From IMG/VR virus record IMGVR_UViG_3300029267_002158, positions 9,812 to 73,811 of that record: a stretch of DNA of 64,000 bases. One strand, 5' to 3'. Under the pieces are notes generated by a model that did no database searches, was not told the origin of the DNA, and saw only the letters and a program-made list of their open reading frames with translations. Positions 56,284 to 64,000 of this stretch are shown here, piece after piece. Each line of letters opens with the position of its first letter. The first letter of the stretch is position 1. The stretch comes from a virus. Position numbers and translations under genes: made by a program.

Positions 56284-56684
56284 TATTTACATTCCCACTT
56301 ATAAATATTTATTTTTTGCAGCACCTCATGCTCCCCGGCCTTCACCCTGTGGCACGTGCTTTGAGTGGAACGGGGATTCATATAAATTACCACTATTTCA
56401 TCATATTCGTCGCCCAGACTTCGCCACTGTTCCGGCGAATCACAGGCCGTGTTCAGTTCAATAGAGCAAAGATCACTGAATATGCTTCTTACCACCTTGT
56501 ACTTATCCATATCATACGGGATATGAACATTTAAAACACCGTTGTATTCGCTGATGTGATAAGCTATTCTCTCCAGGGTTTCTTTTTGCTCTTTGGTCAG
56601 ATATTCCAGTATATTTACTATCCTTTCGACGGAATATCTTTTCTCTTTGCAATCTTTAATTACTTGGTCAATCTTTTTCATCAT
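56283..56684 (-). CDS. Hypothetical protein
   Basis: Coupled ORF with RBS. Confidence 0.65.
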   Translation of the reverse strand: MMKKIDQVIKDCKEKRYSVERIVNILEYLTKEQKETLERIAYHISEYNGVLNVHIPYDMDKYKVVRSIFSDLCSIELNTACDSPEQWRSLGDEYDEIVVIYMNPRSTQSTCHRVKAGEHEVLQKINIYKWECK

Positions 56685-57103
56685 TGCACTCCTCTATCTA
56701 GCCATGCCTGATACATTTTTTCCCATTCGCCGGTGCTTTGTGGGCGAATGGGCCACCCGCGCGCCTCAGCCCATTCCTTGGCCACTTGGGGAAGTGACCG
56801 ATTCGTTCCAAGGTATTTCTCGCAATACATTACATACATTTCCTTCTGCCATTCGTCAAACCCATCGATGCACAGCGTCGGGCTTGGCTTGAAATTTTCA
56901 AGCAGCTTTGACAAAACCTCGTATAGCCGACCGCCGTCATGGCAGCCGACAAGCGCCATGTATTGCGCCTCCAAGATCCCGATTATGTCATATGCCTCAA
57001 CCTCGCACAAGGGACACATTGCAAAATACCCCTCGTCGTGATCCGGTTGATAAACGTGAACGAACTCCTGTTGGCAAATAGGGCATGCCCATTCTATTTT
57101 CAC
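56681..57103 (-). CDS. Zn-finger hypothetical protein
   Basis: CPIC...CPLC. Confidence 0.65.
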   Translation of the reverse strand: MKIEWACPICQQEFVHVYQPDHDEGYFAMCPLCEVEAYDIIGILEAQYMALVGCHDGGRLYEVLSKLLENFKPSPTLCIDGFDEWQKEMYVMYCEKYLGTNRSLPQVAKEWAEARGWPIRPQSTGEWEKMYQAWLDRGVQ

Positions 57104-57358
57104 CTAGAAATCCTCCATTCCGTACTCTCTCAGGTTCGGGATATTGGGGAGCAGTGCTTCTTTCCATACTCCCCACGCACCATCAGCCCTATTTATAAAG
57201 CGACCGTTGGCAATGTATGTCGAGTACCCAGTTGAATCCGTGTATACCCCTGCCAGGGTCATCTCTGGGGGGCCCTTTTGATTCTCCTGCATCCATCCGT
57301 AAAACCAATACATCCCCGTTTTTACAGGCCATATCGTAGTCCACTTTACAGCGGCCAT
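57104..57358 (-). CDS. Hypothetical protein
   Basis: W...P...G.YWFYG motif; RBS present. Confidence 0.65.
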   Translation of the reverse strand: MAAVKWTTIWPVKTGMYWFYGWMQENQKGPPEMTLAGVYTDSTGYSTYIANGRFINRADGAWGVWKEALLPNIPNLREYGMEDF

Positions 57359-57603
57359 TTTATACCCCTCCTTGCCATGACCCGCAACACTTTTCTATTT
57401 CTTAATTGCTCCTCGACGTCCAGATCGAAACTGGTCATGACAGTGATCATTGCTGCGACAAAGCCGTGTAACCACTCGTCGCTGTGATTAGACCCCATGG
57501 CGGCAATTATGAGGCCGCAGCATATCGCGGCGATCTCTTTGGGATAAAAGACTTGTAATCCCATGCTACTCCCTTTCCCGTTCCTACCAAATTGCGCCGT
57601 CAC
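57346..57603 (-). CDS. Hypothetical protein
   Basis: ORF with RBS before MGLQVFY. Confidence 0.5.
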   Translation of the reverse strand: MTAQFGRNGKGSSMGLQVFYPKEIAAICCGLIIAAMGSNHSDEWLHGFVAAMITVMTSFDLDVEEQLRNRKVLRVMARRGIKWPL

Positions 57604-57854
57604 GATTTATCATTTCTAGATTTTTAACGGCTTTGACACCTTTTGTAGTGCATGTTCCGAAAAACATGCACTTTATACCATCTGCGCCTACGCCTACGCA
57701 GTGAATAGTAAACCTAAACCTTACCCACGAATACTCCTCAGCGGTTAATTCGTGGGTAAGTACAAGGCTGTCTCCAAGTCCGTCCTTCTAACAGATCCCT
57801 AACCGCTGACCCATGTTATTGACGGTTGGGGATCTCCCCCTGTGAAAATCCCCC

Positions 57855-58163
57855 TTATTTTCCACTCAGCCACTCCTGAAAGTCAATCTCCTCTTGGCGG
57901 AGAAGGTATTCTGCGAGGTTGTCGATCTTGTCCACCCACCCGTCGCCACTGGTGTAGGCAGCAGCGCCGGCAAGCGCGCCGGCGCAGTGCCCGATAAACC
58001 TCTCCTCTACTCCATTTTTTTTCCTTGTGACTTCTGTTTTGGTGCCGCTGAAGTGGAACTCAACGTCATGACCACTCCTTGTCCTTCCATTGATCACGAT
58101 CCCGCTTAAGATCCTGAATGCGCTCATATCTTTCTCCTTGACAATTCCATACAGCGCTGTCAT
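57855..58163 (-). CDS. Hypothetical protein
   Basis: ORF on the coding strand; start uncertain. Confidence 0.5.
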   Translation of the reverse strand: MTALYGIVKEKDMSAFRILSGIVINGRTRSGHDVEFHFSGTKTEVTRKKNGVEERFIGHCAGALAGAAAYTSGDGWVDKIDNLAEYLLRQEEIDFQEWLSGK

Positions 58164-58201
58164 GTTCTTTACCCCAATACCATTTCCGTCTCTATTTCCT
58201 C

Positions 58202-58561
58202 CTATGTGAAAACGTAGATCCCGCACCCGTAGGCTCCGTAATGGGCCCACAGCCTTGACTTCTTTGATAGTAGGCCATTGACGCGATCAATGAGATCGTC
58301 GTCCCATTCATCGGGCACTTCGACAACGTTAAGAAATTTAATCATCTCGTCATCGTCGGCATAAGTGGCGCTAATCATTATTCCGCCACCATGCAACCTG
58401 ACCATACTCGCTTCTTTCTCCGCGATCGGGACCGATGGCAAAAGAGCATTGCCGTCGGGCAAGTCGCCATTGTCGTTGTATGCGCCCGCCAGGTCTTCAG
58501 CCAGGTGCTCAAGAGCACCTAGCCTGTCTGCCCATATCAACAGCGTTCTGTGTGTTTTCAA
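58202..58561 (-). CDS. Hypothetical protein
   Basis: TTG start with AGGAGG, overlapping upstream stop. Confidence 0.6.
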   Translation of the reverse strand: MKTHRTLLIWADRLGALEHLAEDLAGAYNDNGDLPDGNALLPSVPIAEKEASMVRLHGGGIMISATYADDDEMIKFLNVVEVPDEWDDDLIDRVNGLLSKKSRLWAHYGAYGCGIYVFT

Positions 58562-58956
58562 TTCTTTTCCTCCTGACTTTCCCACTTCTCTAGCTCGTCT
58601 AGCCACCATGCGGGCCAAACACAACGATTGACGTCTATCTCCCACCCCCATTTCTCAAATAAGACATCACACGCATTCCCAGAGGAAAACGTGTCGCTTA
58701 TTCTTTCGGGGTACAGAATGCTGACCGCCTTGTTAATCTCTTGCCCGATGGCTCGCTGCGCCCTGGAGAGTATCTCGAACGTGAACCAGCCGCACTTTGG
58801 AGAGTATAGGCAGTCGATATTACTGCAATGAGGATGAACCGCCCACTTGTCCTCTTTGCCATCCATCATTATCCCCGTTGTGAAGTTCTCCCCGCATTTG
58901 GGGCAGAACATTTCGACTAGTTTCTCCTCACCGTTTACCTTGTATAGTTTTTTCAT
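58558..58956 (-). CDS. Zn-finger hypothetical protein
   Basis: CPKCG...CSNIDC. Confidence 0.65.
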   Translation of the reverse strand: MKKLYKVNGEEKLVEMFCPKCGENFTTGIMMDGKEDKWAVHPHCSNIDCLYSPKCGWFTFEILSRAQRAIGQEINKAVSILYPERISDTFSSGNACDVLFEKWGWEIDVNRCVWPAWWLDELEKWESQEEKN

Positions 58957-58966
58957 GCGCCCTTAC

Positions 58967-59125
58967 TCACCTTTTGCATCGGGGACAGTACAAGGAATGG
59001 TCCTTGTCTATCCATCCAAACTTTCTCATTTCCTCTGCCACATTTCCCCCTGGAGGGAAGCTCACGTGCGCGCCGCACCGAACGCACTTGGCGTGAAATT
59101 TATTGTCACGACAACTATAATACAC
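58967..59125 (-). CDS. Small Zn-finger protein (not in ORF track)
   Basis: VYYSCRDNKFHAKCVRCG...GW...YCPRC; RBS AAGGA. Confidence 0.55.
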   Translation of the reverse strand: MYYSCRDNKFHAKCVRCGAHVSFPPGGNVAEEMRKFGWIDKDHSLYCPRCKR

Positions 59126-59135
59126 GCTGTTTTCC

Positions 59136-59288
59136 TTAAAAAACCCCCCTCGCCCCCGCCATCAAATCGGCTCTCCAAGACGAGACATCGCAGGGCTCGA
59201 CATCGTACTCCTTGGCAACAGCACGCACGTCGCCAGCTATTATAGCTTTTATGACTACCGTTGCCTTGAATCTTGCCGTGTGAAACAT
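59136..59288 (-). CDS. 50-aa IS3 OrfA-like HTH protein (not in ORF track)
   Basis: RBS AAGGAG; FKATVV...VAKEYDVEP..VSSWR..L..GA..VF. Confidence 0.6.
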   Translation of the reverse strand: MFHTARFKATVVIKAIIAGDVRAVAKEYDVEPCDVSSWRADLMAGARGVF

Positions 59289-59301
59289 ATGCTTCTCTCC
59301 T

Positions 59302-59709
59302 TTACCATTCTATCCTTATCCCCAAGCCGTGCTTCACGCACAGCCTGAGAAATTCACGCGCGCTCCACCATGCGCCTTTTATGGCCGCGTTTGGGGGCGT
59401 GAATCCCCAATTGACACTCCGTCCTGCGGCCCGAACCTCGTCCGGTGATAGCACCCTTTCTGCTGCGACGCCATCGTAATCCGTTTCCCCAATGGCGATC
59501 TCCAAGGCGAAGGCCGCCGCATGCGAGTTCAAAGCCCCGAACCTGAGAAAGTAGTCACAATTTCCCATGGCGATGGCCTTTACCCCCTTTGCTGCGAACT
59601 CGAACTCTTTGTCCAGGTCGTCATCCAACAGCCGTACCATGACACCCTTGGTACCCCTTTCTATCGCCAGGGGCTTACCGTTCTTTGTGGCAATGCAGTG
59701 AATGCTCAT
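59302..59709 (-). CDS. Hypothetical protein
   Basis: Coupled ORF; C-terminal AREFLRLCVKHGLGI. Confidence 0.65.
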   Translation of the reverse strand: MSIHCIATKNGKPLAIERGTKGVMVRLLDDDLDKEFEFAAKGVKAIAMGNCDYFLRFGALNSHAAAFALEIAIGETDYDGVAAERVLSPDEVRAAGRSVNWGFTPPNAAIKGAWWSAREFLRLCVKHGLGIRIEW

Positions 59710-59948
59710 TACTCTGCCTCACAGTACCCGCAGCTTGGGCACTGCGGGCCCGGCAAGCCCATGGATTCTTCCATAATCTCGCCGCAGACTGGGCATTCTA
59801 CATCGCTCAGGAACGGAGTGTACCATCCCCAAAGCCCCTTGATGGGGATGTTGCACTTTTCTGCATTTTCTTTTGTGCGGTGCTTTTCGCACAAACAGAA
59901 GCACGGGGATTCGACCCCGCAAACCATACAGTAACCAACCTTTAACAT
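59709..59948 (-). CDS. Cys-rich hypothetical protein
   Basis: Several CxxC motifs. Confidence 0.55.
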   Translation of the reverse strand: MLKVGYCMVCGVESPCFCLCEKHRTKENAEKCNIPIKGLWGWYTPFLSDVECPVCGEIMEESMGLPGPQCPSCGYCEAE

Positions 59949-59949
59949 T

Positions 59950-60237
59950 CTACCCTTCCCTTCTTTGATACGGGCCAAAAAGCCCATAGCTGACTTGCTG
60001 TGCGGCGCACGAACCGCACAGCAAATACGATCCCGATAATTCGCCGCAGGCAATACAAGTCCCTTCCTCGCATTGTTCTATTTTCGTAGGGCACGTGCGG
60101 CACTGCGCTTCCCATGCCCTGTGACATGGTAATGAAACAGGCCTGCAACCCACCTTGCCATCATGTTCTTTTTCGTTGTGGACATCGCACGCTGCGTTAG
60201 CAGCTTGCTTAGTCCTGAATGTTCCGAGAATTTTCAC
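59950..60237 (-). CDS. Cys-rich hypothetical protein
   Basis: ILGTFRTKQAA motif; CxxC pairs. Confidence 0.55.
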   Translation of the reverse strand: MKILGTFRTKQAANAACDVHNEKEHDGKVGCRPVSLPCHRAWEAQCRTCPTKIEQCEEGTCIACGELSGSYLLCGSCAAQQVSYGLFGPYQRREG

Positions 60238-60307
60238 TTTTCTCTTTCTCTCTCTCCTGAACAAACGGGCTTTCCTGCCACTCAAAACCACAGATGTAGG
60301 AATTGGC

Positions 60308-60693
60308 CTACCTTTTTGTATGGTCTACCCATCCCATCAGTTTTTTGTACCGGCGTTCAAAGCTATCGTAATATTCATCGTCGTGGCTTTCTAGTCGGAC
60401 ATCAACCGAATCAAAATTCGAGCTACAGAATAACTCTAACCATGGTTCACCCTCAAGCTCAGGGAAGCGTTTCCAGTCCTCTTTTGATAGTTTGAATGAA
60501 ATTGTCCATTTACCACGTCGTATAATAGCTTTGGGCCTTTTGACCTTTTGTAAAAATGTGGGGTGTAGTAAGGTTCAAGAACAAAAGGACTGTCTTCAAT
60601 TATAAACCCATCCTCGTCAGTTTGGTATTCGCAGTCGTATGTCAAGTTTCCTCCCATCTTGACCATCCTGTCAATTTTTACTTTTTCCGCCAC
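60308..60693 (-). pseudogene. Hypothetical phage gene split by a 1-nt frameshift (or sequencing error)
   Basis: Frame A ...FVLEPYYTPHFY continues best in the -1 frame ...SFKLSKEDWKRFPELEG to TAG at 60308. Confidence 0.5.
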
Positions 60694-60771
60694 CCCCGCC
60701 CGCTGTGACGGTTTGACTGGCCTGCACCAGCCTCCCCCGCGTCCTTATTTAGGCGACGCGGTTGCCTGATA

Positions 60772-60824
60772 AGCGCCCGCCGGACTCGAACCGGCTTTTA
60801 ATTGCCACCTGGAACGGAGGCGCT
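60772..60824 (-). ncRNA. tRNA-like minihelix (acceptor stem + T-arm, no anticodon arm)
   Basis: AGCGCCT/GGGCGCT 7-bp stem; GCCGG-TTCGAGT-CCGGC canonical T-arm; only 22 nt between them. Confidence 0.65.
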
Positions 60825-60826
60825 TT

Positions 60827-60994
60827 TCAAATTCCTAGGGTTAGGGGATCATTCTTGCCCCGCTCAGCGTGAGCTTGCGAGTATTCATAATACGCAGGGT
60901 CATGTTCCTTGATAACCCGCAAGCGTCCTTTTTCCAGTGTCCTTATTTTGGCGTCAATTTCTTCAAGTTGCTTTTCAAGCTCATTTATTTTCAA
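60827..60994 (-). CDS. Small coiled-coil protein (not in ORF track)
   Basis: MKINELEKQLEEIDAKIRTLEK...; fills the gap between genes. Confidence 0.45.
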   Translation of the reverse strand: MKINELEKQLEEIDAKIRTLEKGRLRVIKEHDPAYYEYSQAHAERGKNDPLTLGI

Positions 60995-61325
60995 TCTCCT
61001 TTATGGCCTCACTCAGGGTGATTTCCTTCAAATCACCCCTGGGGCTCATTTCGCATTCACCAGAAGAAAAGCGGATTGTTTGCCTTTTCCACTTTCGCCA
61101 CTCCCGGCAGAATGCTTTAATTTGATTGTCGCTTGCCTCCATATACCAAATGGCGGCAATTCTGTCGGGGTGCTGGCGTGCCATGTCGTCAAGGTGGACA
61201 AGCGCGTCCTCAGCGCTGGTTTCCAAGGGTTCTAATCCTTTGTGGCGAATTACGCCACGGGCGGCCCCGATAGCAATCTGACGCATTTGATGTTTGTTCA
61301 TTTTCTCAACCTTGCGACACGGCAT
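60981..61325 (-). CDS. Hypothetical protein
   Basis: Coupled ORF. Confidence 0.6.
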   Translation of the reverse strand: MPCRKVEKMNKHQMRQIAIGAARGVIRHKGLEPLETSAEDALVHLDDMARQHPDRIAAIWYMEASDNQIKAFCREWRKWKRQTIRFSSGECEMSPRGDLKEITLSEAIKEIENK

Positions 61326-61945
61326 TAGTCATCACCCCCCAACAGGGCCAATCTCCCATTACGGATGGCCTTGTGCCATCCGTCTAACCTGATGGTCTTG
61401 TGCTGAGAATGGGAAATTGACCCGCGCACATACACTACCGTTTTAAGGGCAACAATCTCGCTTGCCCTGTGATCGTCGTCTAGTGGGCAATCGTACTCGA
61501 TCTTGCCCCTCGGTGAGCGGGCAACGGGGACGAAAAACCAATCCCCTTGCCGGCGCACGTCCAGCCCCTCACGCATGGCTCGCTTAACCGCAATTGGAAC
61601 CATCCCTTTTAGCGTATCTGCGACACTCCCAGACGCCTTAGATACATGACAGACAAACAAATGACCATCATCCTCCCCCGTGAGGTATCGCCATACACCA
61701 GCCCCGTAGAGATCCCCATATTTCCTAAACTCAACAAGGGCCATGTTGTCCTGGACGTCCAGGACGTAGAAATTTTGGCCGTGCGTGTGATTTCTACTCC
61801 TGTAACCCAGACCGCAGGGTAGTACAATCTCTCCGCCTGTGATGTACGGAGGAAGGTGCTTGCCCCAGCACCCACAGGTATACTCTGCTACAGTGACAGG
61901 TATTGACACAATGCTTGTTACATCGTTCCTTTTTTCACTCATCAC
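61325..61945 (-). CDS. Hypothetical phage protein (RQGD motif)
   Basis: VRRQGDWFFVP...H.A...YVRG..SH..H. Confidence 0.7.
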   Translation of the reverse strand: MMSEKRNDVTSIVSIPVTVAEYTCGCWGKHLPPYITGGEIVLPCGLGYRSRNHTHGQNFYVLDVQDNMALVEFRKYGDLYGAGVWRYLTGEDDGHLFVCHVSKASGSVADTLKGMVPIAVKRAMREGLDVRRQGDWFFVPVARSPRGKIEYDCPLDDDHRASEIVALKTVVYVRGSISHSQHKTIRLDGWHKAIRNGRLALLGGDD

Positions 61946-61955
61946 ACCCCCCCCT

Positions 61956-62204
61956 TTATTCTAATGGTGCAAGGCTCTCATTCATATGATTGTTGTCGAA
62001 CCATTCTTTTACCTTAGGTGCAACGATAAGGTGTTCGTGCTTATTTATAATGAGGTATTCTTTATCGATAAGTGTTTTTACCATTTTTCTCCAGGCTGTG
62101 GCGGGCCATCTGTTTCCCTTACTATTGCGATATACAAAATCACCACCTAAGTGGTAAGCGAACAGTTGCGCCCGCTGGAATGGTGTCAAGTTGTTAAGCA
62201 TCAT
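61956..62204 (-). CDS. Hypothetical protein
   Basis: ATGA coupling with upstream gene. Confidence 0.55.
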   Translation of the reverse strand: MMLNNLTPFQRAQLFAYHLGGDFVYRNSKGNRWPATAWRKMVKTLIDKEYLIINKHEHLIVAPKVKEWFDNNHMNESLAPLE

Positions 62205-62386
62205 TGGCACGGTTCCCATTCCAGGCCCCAGATCATAGCAGTCACTACCTCCCTGACGGCCCACCTCATAAGCACAGCTATGTTCTCCTCGTCCTCCTCA
62301 GTATACCTTTCTCTTAAGGCTGACTCAACGTAGCCCATTTCATAAGCCCCAAAGGACACGATTGTTTTTATTTGCTTCTCGCTCAT
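62201..62386 (-). CDS. Hypothetical protein
   Basis: RBS GGAGGAGGGG. Confidence 0.65.
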   Translation of the reverse strand: MSEKQIKTIVSFGAYEMGYVESALRERYTEEDEENIAVLMRWAVREVVTAMIWGLEWEPCQ

Positions 62387-62808
62387 TTATGACCCCTCCT
62401 CCAGGGACACCAGCGGCCAAGCTCGCCTTACTTCTTGGCCGACCTCTGTTCTCTCCAGTTGATTGACCCTGACGAACATGCCCTGCCCCTCGCCAGGTAC
62501 GAGATACACAGCGATCCGAGCGTCGGCCATAGCTATGTCCAAAATACCACGTACTGCGGCCTTATCTTCCATGATATATTCTAGCCAAAACCATGGAGTG
62601 TGCATTGATGCGGCCTTTTGGCCCGCCGCATCAATGCGGATCTGGAGGTCGGATCCGCTACTGAATCTACACCCTTCCGAAATATCTTTCAGGAGGGAAT
62701 CCACAAAATACTGGATTGCTTTCTGGCGGAGGACTGGTGATAACTCGTCGAATTTAATCATCCGTGGTGTTCCTACTCGCTTCTCGCTCATTTATGACCC
62801 CTCCTCCA
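62374..62808. repeat. Exact 30-bp direct repeat at two consecutive gene junctions (62374-62403, 62779-62808)
   Basis: GCTTCTCGCTCATTTATGACCCCTCCTCCA occurs twice. Confidence 0.95.
62387..62791 (-). CDS. Hypothetical protein flanked by the 30-bp repeats
   Basis: RBS; FDELSP motif. Confidence 0.7.
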   Translation of the reverse strand: MSEKRVGTPRMIKFDELSPVLRQKAIQYFVDSLLKDISEGCRFSSGSDLQIRIDAAGQKAASMHTPWFWLEYIMEDKAAVRGILDIAMADARIAVYLVPGEGQGMFVRVNQLERTEVGQEVRRAWPLVSLEEGS

Positions 62809-63223
62809 TTGCGCTGTCATACACCTGATCCCTGACGTGATCAAAATACTCATCGAATATTTCCACTAGTAAGGACTTTTCGGGGCCACACAGTTCGATT
62901 TTTGCCCCATCGAACCAGTCAAGGTACCAATACTCGACCTTGTATACAAACCAGCGGCCACCTTGCCCCTTGCTCGCAAAGAAACGGAACTCGTCACCGG
63001 GGCCGCCGGTTGATAGTTGGTAAATGAAATATCCTAAATTCTGATCTGCAAATGTCCCGGCGGGCACATAATCAAACCATAGGAAATGATCTGGAAATGT
63101 ACATTCGTGTTCGGGGTGTATCTCGTCATTGCCCATCAAGTACATCTCCCACAAATCGCGCTCCATTTTCATAGCGATCTCATATGCACTGCCAATTCTT
63201 TCTTTACAAGAAGGCTGTTTCAT
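62792..63223 (-). CDS. Hypothetical phage protein
   Basis: YQLSTGGPGDEFRF...Y.YLDWFDGA. Confidence 0.7.
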   Translation of the reverse strand: MKQPSCKERIGSAYEIAMKMERDLWEMYLMGNDEIHPEHECTFPDHFLWFDYVPAGTFADQNLGYFIYQLSTGGPGDEFRFFASKGQGGRWFVYKVEYWYLDWFDGAKIELCGPEKSLLVEIFDEYFDHVRDQVYDSAMEEGS

Positions 63224-63276
63224 TTCTCGTCTCTTTCCAGAAGAGTTTTGGGTAAAACTCTTCATACCCAATGTTA

Positions 63277-63500
63277 TTACCCCCGATGGCAATCGCGGCA
63301 CAACAAATCAGTATACTCGATGGCGATGCCGCCACGACCACGCATTCCATACAGAACCATATCAACAACATCGCAAAGCGCGCCACATTTTGTGCACTCT
63401 GCAATCAAGAGCACTTCCGGGGCATAGGTTTCTAACCATTAACGTTAGTTGGCCCCTTGTGGACCCCCGCGTGCTTCTTGTGAAATGCCATCTTGTCCAT
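63277..63500 (-). pseudogene. Small Zn-finger gene split by a 1-nt frameshift (or sequencing error)
   Basis: Strong RBS plus MDKMAFHKKHAGVHKGPTNV, continuing in the -1 frame WLETYAPEVLLIAECTKCG...CRDC. Confidence 0.45.
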
Positions 63501-63532
63501 TTATTCTCCTCCTATCTGTTAATCTCTCATTC

Positions 63533-63994
63533 TTACCTATGGCGGAGTCCAGTTCTGGGCTCCGCCAGGCCGGCAAGGAGCGGGTTTTTATCGCTCGTTG
63601 TATTTTTCCCTGTCCCCCAAGGACAACCGATCATGTAATCAAAGGCCGTTGCCCCCAGGGTGTTACATTCCCTGTCCAGCGCAGTAGGGAGAAAGTTTTG
63701 CTGTTTCTCCAGCAAGCGGCTGTATTTCTTTGCCATCCTGAGGAGCCTTCTGTAATTGTTACCCTCCCAGCTTCTCAGCGGAGCCATGGTACCATAAAGA
63801 CTCAATGCTTCCAGGACAGATACCGCGTCATCAAGTGTTGTGTTATCACTGCCGCATACCTTGATAGCTTTAGCTATTGCTTTCTGAGGGACCACGCTGA
63901 GATCGGTGAACTGTACCTCAACCATGTAATTGTCATCCCAGCCCGCGCCGCTGGTGTTGTTCATTTGAATGACAAGGTACTTGCCGCCATTCAA
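63533..63994 (-). CDS. Hypothetical protein (probably 5'-truncated by window edge)
   Basis: Long ORF on the coding strand. Confidence 0.65.
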   Translation of the reverse strand: MNGGKYLVIQMNNTSGAGWDDNYMVEVQFTDLSVVPQKAIAKAIKVCGSDNTTLDDAVSVLEALSLYGTMAPLRSWEGNNYRRLLRMAKKYSRLLEKQQNFLPTALDRECNTLGATAFDYMIGCPWGTGKNTTSDKNPLLAGLAEPRTGLRHR

Positions 63995-64000
63995 ATGGCG

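Noticed and set aside
57788-57790. Stop-codon reassignment (in-frame TAG here, in-frame TGA at 2339-2341)
   Set aside because: Many well-defined genes end in TAG or TGA with tight coupling to the next start, and long genes are uninterrupted, so the standard code fits
60772-60824. Functional decoding tRNA
   Set aside because: No anticodon arm; kept only as a tRNA-like element
62374-62808. CRISPR array
   Set aside because: Only two repeats, separated by a whole gene; no cas genes

Overview
The window is a continuous segment of a tailed dsDNA phage genome, most likely a siphovirus: it has a tail tube, a -1 frameshifted tail chaperone and a 1630-aa tape measure, and no sheath. No host genes or integrase were seen. 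Layout: (i) 1-2400, minus-strand genes (RuvC, LexA-type wHTH, membrane proteins); (ii) about 2490-3240, a non-coding, highly structured region between divergent sigma70-type promoters; (iii) 3290-46437, the plus-strand late arm with terminase, portal, Mu-I-like protease/scaffold, decoration protein, gpE-like capsid, neck and tail genes; (iv) 46434-64000, the minus-strand arm with an adenine methylase, beta clamp, DnaB-like helicase, RNase HI and many small genes. The most unusual elements are four. First, two glycan-modification clusters inside the structural operon (8 glycosyltransferase domains, 2 sulfotransferases, 4 methyltransferases, 1 sulfatase-fold enzyme), the second ending at a tail protein with three mucin-like Ser/Thr tracts; together a candidate virion glycosylation/sulfation system. 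Second, a giant portal polyprotein with two HExxH peptidase modules and a membrane-type module, each opened by a repeated NPxHDxxGxF peptide that also occurs in a stand-alone paralog. Third, an apparently circularly permuted Mu-I-type prohead protease behind a Com-like zinc finger, promoter and terminator. Fourth, several structured non-coding RNAs. All calls come from motif recognition by eye; no searches were run. Several single-base frameshifts in short homopolymers may be sequencing errors.
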